A stretch of DNA of 62,758 nucleotides, the filler included, from Asterionella formosa (taxonomy: Eukaryota), in assembly GCA_002256025.1 (NCBI GenBank). It is 12 parts of 12 records of this genome, joined end to end, with 100 filler letters (N's around TTAATTAATTAA, not from the genome) between each part and the next. Parts side by side here need not be neighbours in the genome. Positions count along the whole stretch, not along the records: positions 57,633 to 62,758 come from NKIB01013210.1; 11 more parts are not named here. The stretch is one strand, 5' to 3'. Positions 59,376 to 62,758 of this stretch are shown here, piece by piece. The first letter of the stretch is position 1. The number at the start of each line of letters is the position of its first letter. The notes beneath the pieces were generated by a model. The model was not told the origin of the DNA, searched no databases, and saw only the letters and a list, made by a program, of their open reading frames with translations. The position numbers and the translations under genes were made by a program.

Positions 59376-62300
59376 ATGGCTCAAGCTCCCAACGCCCATG
59401 CGGCTTTCGTCTTTGCTCTAACCCCAGCTCTCGCAAATCCTGATCCCGTTGATTACAACTCAAATGAAGGGATGAAATTGTACAAGTCTGCAACCGAAAA
59501 ACTCAATCATCCCTTCGATGGTGAAACTGGAGGCCTCCGCCTTTTCCTTCAAGCCTTGCAGCAACGAGCCGACGCATTTGGATGTGCCTCCATCCTCACG
59601 GTCCCTGATGACCACAACGTTGGGCGAAACCTAATCACCGAATATGTAAGGGTCATCATGGCAAATGTGGTTGCTCACGCAGCCACACATGTTCATTCCC
59701 AGACGTGTGACGCACAGAACTGTGCGCAGTTGTTTACGTGCATTTACGATTCACTTTCAATGGAGGCCTTGCTCAAGGTTTCTACAGACTCATCTGCCTA
59801 TCGTCTTACGTCACCTACAGCCCCTACACACATAGTGGCAAGTGGTGCTGCATTCTTGAAACTTCTCATTACGAGATGCACGGTCGATACACGATCCACG
59901 GTGGCTACCATTCGCCGTACCCTCAGCGTGTTGGATGAAAACATGTTATCGGTGGACTGCAACATTGAGAAGTTTAACCTCCATGTCCGTGTGCAACGTG
60001 ACGCACTTATGTCTCGTGGGGAAACTTCTTCTGACCTACTGACAAATCTGTTTACAGCATACGAGGCTGTGGAGGATAAAGTGTTCCATGATTACATGAT
60101 TGGTCAGCAGGATCAGTATCACGATGGACGGGTGGATTTTGATGTGGATTCGCTGATGGACCTGGCCCTAAATAAATATAAATGGTGTGGGCGGTCCCAT
60201 CCCAGTGCTTCTCAAAGGCACGGTGAAGTGGCGCATAGAGGACAACCTGGGGTGTATTCACATTTTTCGTATTCCAGGAACTTATTTTGCCCCGGCGGCC
60301 CCCTTTAGAATGTTTTCTCCTCAACATTGGAGTCAGGAGACTAATAAGTGCCTTAAGCAAGGCCTTAAGGGAGCATGGTGCGCCACCTACGAGGACAGGG
60401 TAACTCTCCACTGGGGTAATGATAAATATGTGCGATCTATCTGGCTGGATCCAAGCACAAATGTGGCAACTGTACAGACTGCACCAGGGTGCACCAGATA
60501 TCAGATCTACGAGGCCATTATAGGATCAACGAAGGAACACAATAGATCTAAAATGTTTTAATGTTAACACTGTCACCGATGATGAATGCTCAGACCGTGA
60601 GGAGGATGTTAAGGTGCGATCTAAGCTTCCCTACAGTTTGAATGAAGATGAACCATCAATAATTGGGGGGCCAGAGAAGGGAGATGCCAGTGGAACACAT
60701 GATCCGTCCGTTAAGGGAGATGCCAGTGGAACACACATTCTTGAGTCTCACCTTGAAACAGTCTTTCATGACGCATCCGCCAAGCCAACTGAGACTGAAG
60801 ATCAGGATGCCCTGACGCCTACCACGGAATTGCTTCGTCTCCACTACCGGCTTGGCCATCTGCCCTTCAGCCAATTGCGGAGCATGGCTGCTACCGGATT
60901 TCTTCCCAAGAGACTCTTGCAGGCCCGCATTCCCAAATGCGCTGCCTGCATGTATGGAAAGGCGACTCGAAGGGCTTGGAGGTCAAAAGCACCACCAAGC
61001 AAGGTGGGGGGCGGAATGGCGACTTTCCCTGGACAGTGCGTCTCCGTGGACCAGATGCAGTCCCCTACACCAGGGCTGATTGGGCAACTCAAAGGAGTTC
61101 CCACCACTCAGCGATATATGGCCGCAACGATCTTTGTTGACCATTTCAGCCGCCTTTCATTTGTCCACTTGCAGCGATCGCTGACCTCGGATGACACCGT
61201 GAAGGCAAAAAGGGCCTTCGAGCGATACTGCGAGTCACACGGCGTGAAGGTGATGCACTACCATGCTGACAACGGTCGATTTGCGGACACGCTGTTCTTG
61301 CAGGACATTGCCGAGCAGCGCCAGAGAATTTCGTATTGTGGTGTCAACGCACATTTTCAAAATGGTGTGGCAGAGAAACGAATTAGGGACTTACAGGACT
61401 TGGCGCGTACTGCGTTATTGCACGCCACTGCCCGATGGCCACGAGTCATGTCAAATTGCCTGTGGCCATATGCACTGCGTACGGCTAATGATGCACTTAT
61501 TAGCGCTCCGCGTCGTGTGGACGGAAGGTCCGCCGCAAGCGTGTTTTCCCGGACTGACGTGTCCCCTAAGTTGGGGTCATTTCGCCCTTTTGGGTGCCCT
61601 ACGTACGTTCTGTCTAACGAGCTGGCTGCCAGGAAAAACATACCTAAGTGGTTAAAGAGAGCAAGGGTAGGCTTGTATCTAGGGCAGTCCCCACAGCATG
61701 CACAGTCCGTTGCTCTAGTGTTAAACATATCGACGGGGCTGGTGTCACCGCAATTTCATGTTGCGTTCGACGACCTCTTCGAAACCGTGGGAACCAAGGA
61801 GGACGTATATGAGATTGGCTCGCTCTCCGCCACGCATTTCTCCGAGAAGTCGTCCGGAGCCAAAGGATCACGAGGGCGCACCAAGCCGGTCGTCGTGGAC
61901 AGTTTAAGTCAAGAGATTTTCCCGCTCCCTCTCCTCCTCTCCCCACAGGGACCGCCACCCCTGGTTATTCCAGTCGTAAATGAGGATGGGGTCCCACATG
62001 AGGCTCTCCTGGAAACCGGGGCAGGACTCCCACTCCTTGCGTCACAGGAGTCCGCCTCTTCAGGAGTGCGTTGGTCACAACGACACAAGCCGTCACGCCG
62101 GTTACAAGAGAGTGTTGAACAGGGCCTGCTGTGCAAGGCATCGGCACTCGAGGATGTGGATGGGGATGAAGAGTATCACCTGCAGGTTATGATGGAAGAC
62201 CCAATTGCATTCGCAGCAAGATCATCCGATCCTGATACGTTACGCGCTGACCAGGCTCTAAGGGAGCCAGACAGAAAGCAGTTTATAGCCGCCATGGAAG

Positions 62301-62758
62301 CCGAGGTCATGGCGCATCACAATAATCAACATTGGAAGGTGATTCCGAAGTCAGCCGTGCCACTCGGAACCAAAATTCTGCCTTGTGTGTGGGCGATGAA
62401 GAGGAAACGCCGGATAGCCTCAAGGGAGGTGTAGAAGTGGAAGGCCAGGCTAAATCTGCATGGCGGGAAACAGGAACATGGGGTGAACTACTGAGAGACC
62501 TATGCGGCTACCCTGTCATGGCCACCCATCTGCTTTATGTTGGTCCTGTCCTTAATGCATGGATGGAGTACCCGGCAGATAGATTTTACACTTGCGTACC
62601 CGCAGGCCGACGTGGAATGCGACTTATATATGGAAATCCCGCATGGGTTCGAGCTACCGGAGGGGGGTCGAAATGGTCATTGTCTCAAGATTCTGAAGAA
62701 CATTTATGGTCAGAGACAGGCAGGTCGTACTTGGTCCTTGCATTTGACTAAGGGGCTA
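59376..62758 (+). mobile_element. CoDi-type Ty1/copia retrotransposon (gag, integrase, RT start), defective and 3'-truncated
   Basis: gag FALTPA..DY..G..Y..AT..L..FDG; integrase H.RLGH..CAAC, SVDQM, YHADNGRF, HFQNGVAEKRIRDLQ; RT VWAMKRKR..KARLNLHGGKQ.HGVNY with in-frame stops at about 62432 and 62492. Confidence 0.93.

Overview
Eukaryotic, almost certainly diatom (ochrophyte) nuclear DNA. Evidence: GT-AG introns, an LHC protein with an ASAF bipartite plastid-targeting motif, and CoDi-type copia elements. The window is NOT one locus. It is 12 unrelated ~5.1-kb contigs in decreasing length order (5146 down to 5126 bp) joined by an artificial 100-bp spacer (N44-TTAATTAATTAA-N44), so neighbourhood across spacers means nothing. 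Host genes: a SNF5/zf-4CXXC/PHD/bromodomain chromatin protein, cytosolic GAPDH, NEMF/Rqc2, an ARM-repeat protein, an LHC protein, an ABCA transporter 5' end, an MDR oxidoreductase, an LRR protein and several hypotheticals. Much of the rest is mobile DNA: decayed Ty1/copia elements with a nested young LTR, a pogo/Tigger transposase, a DDE_Tnp_4 (Harbinger/ISL2EU-like) pseudogene and a Crypton-like fragment. The most interesting observations are: (1) a 2451-bp non-autonomous PIF/Harbinger-type element (20-bp TIRs, TTA TSD) carrying the convergent 3' ends of two host genes, PP2C and aspartyl-tRNA synthetase (a 'Pack-Harbinger'); (2) two tRNA-derived SINE families with 17-20-bp target-site duplications and CATTTT tails, one with a tRNA-Ala G3:U70 head; (3) strong intergenic enrichment of the palindrome TACCGGTA; (4) a ~640-bp foldback. 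All calls were made by eye from the sequence; no database searches were run.
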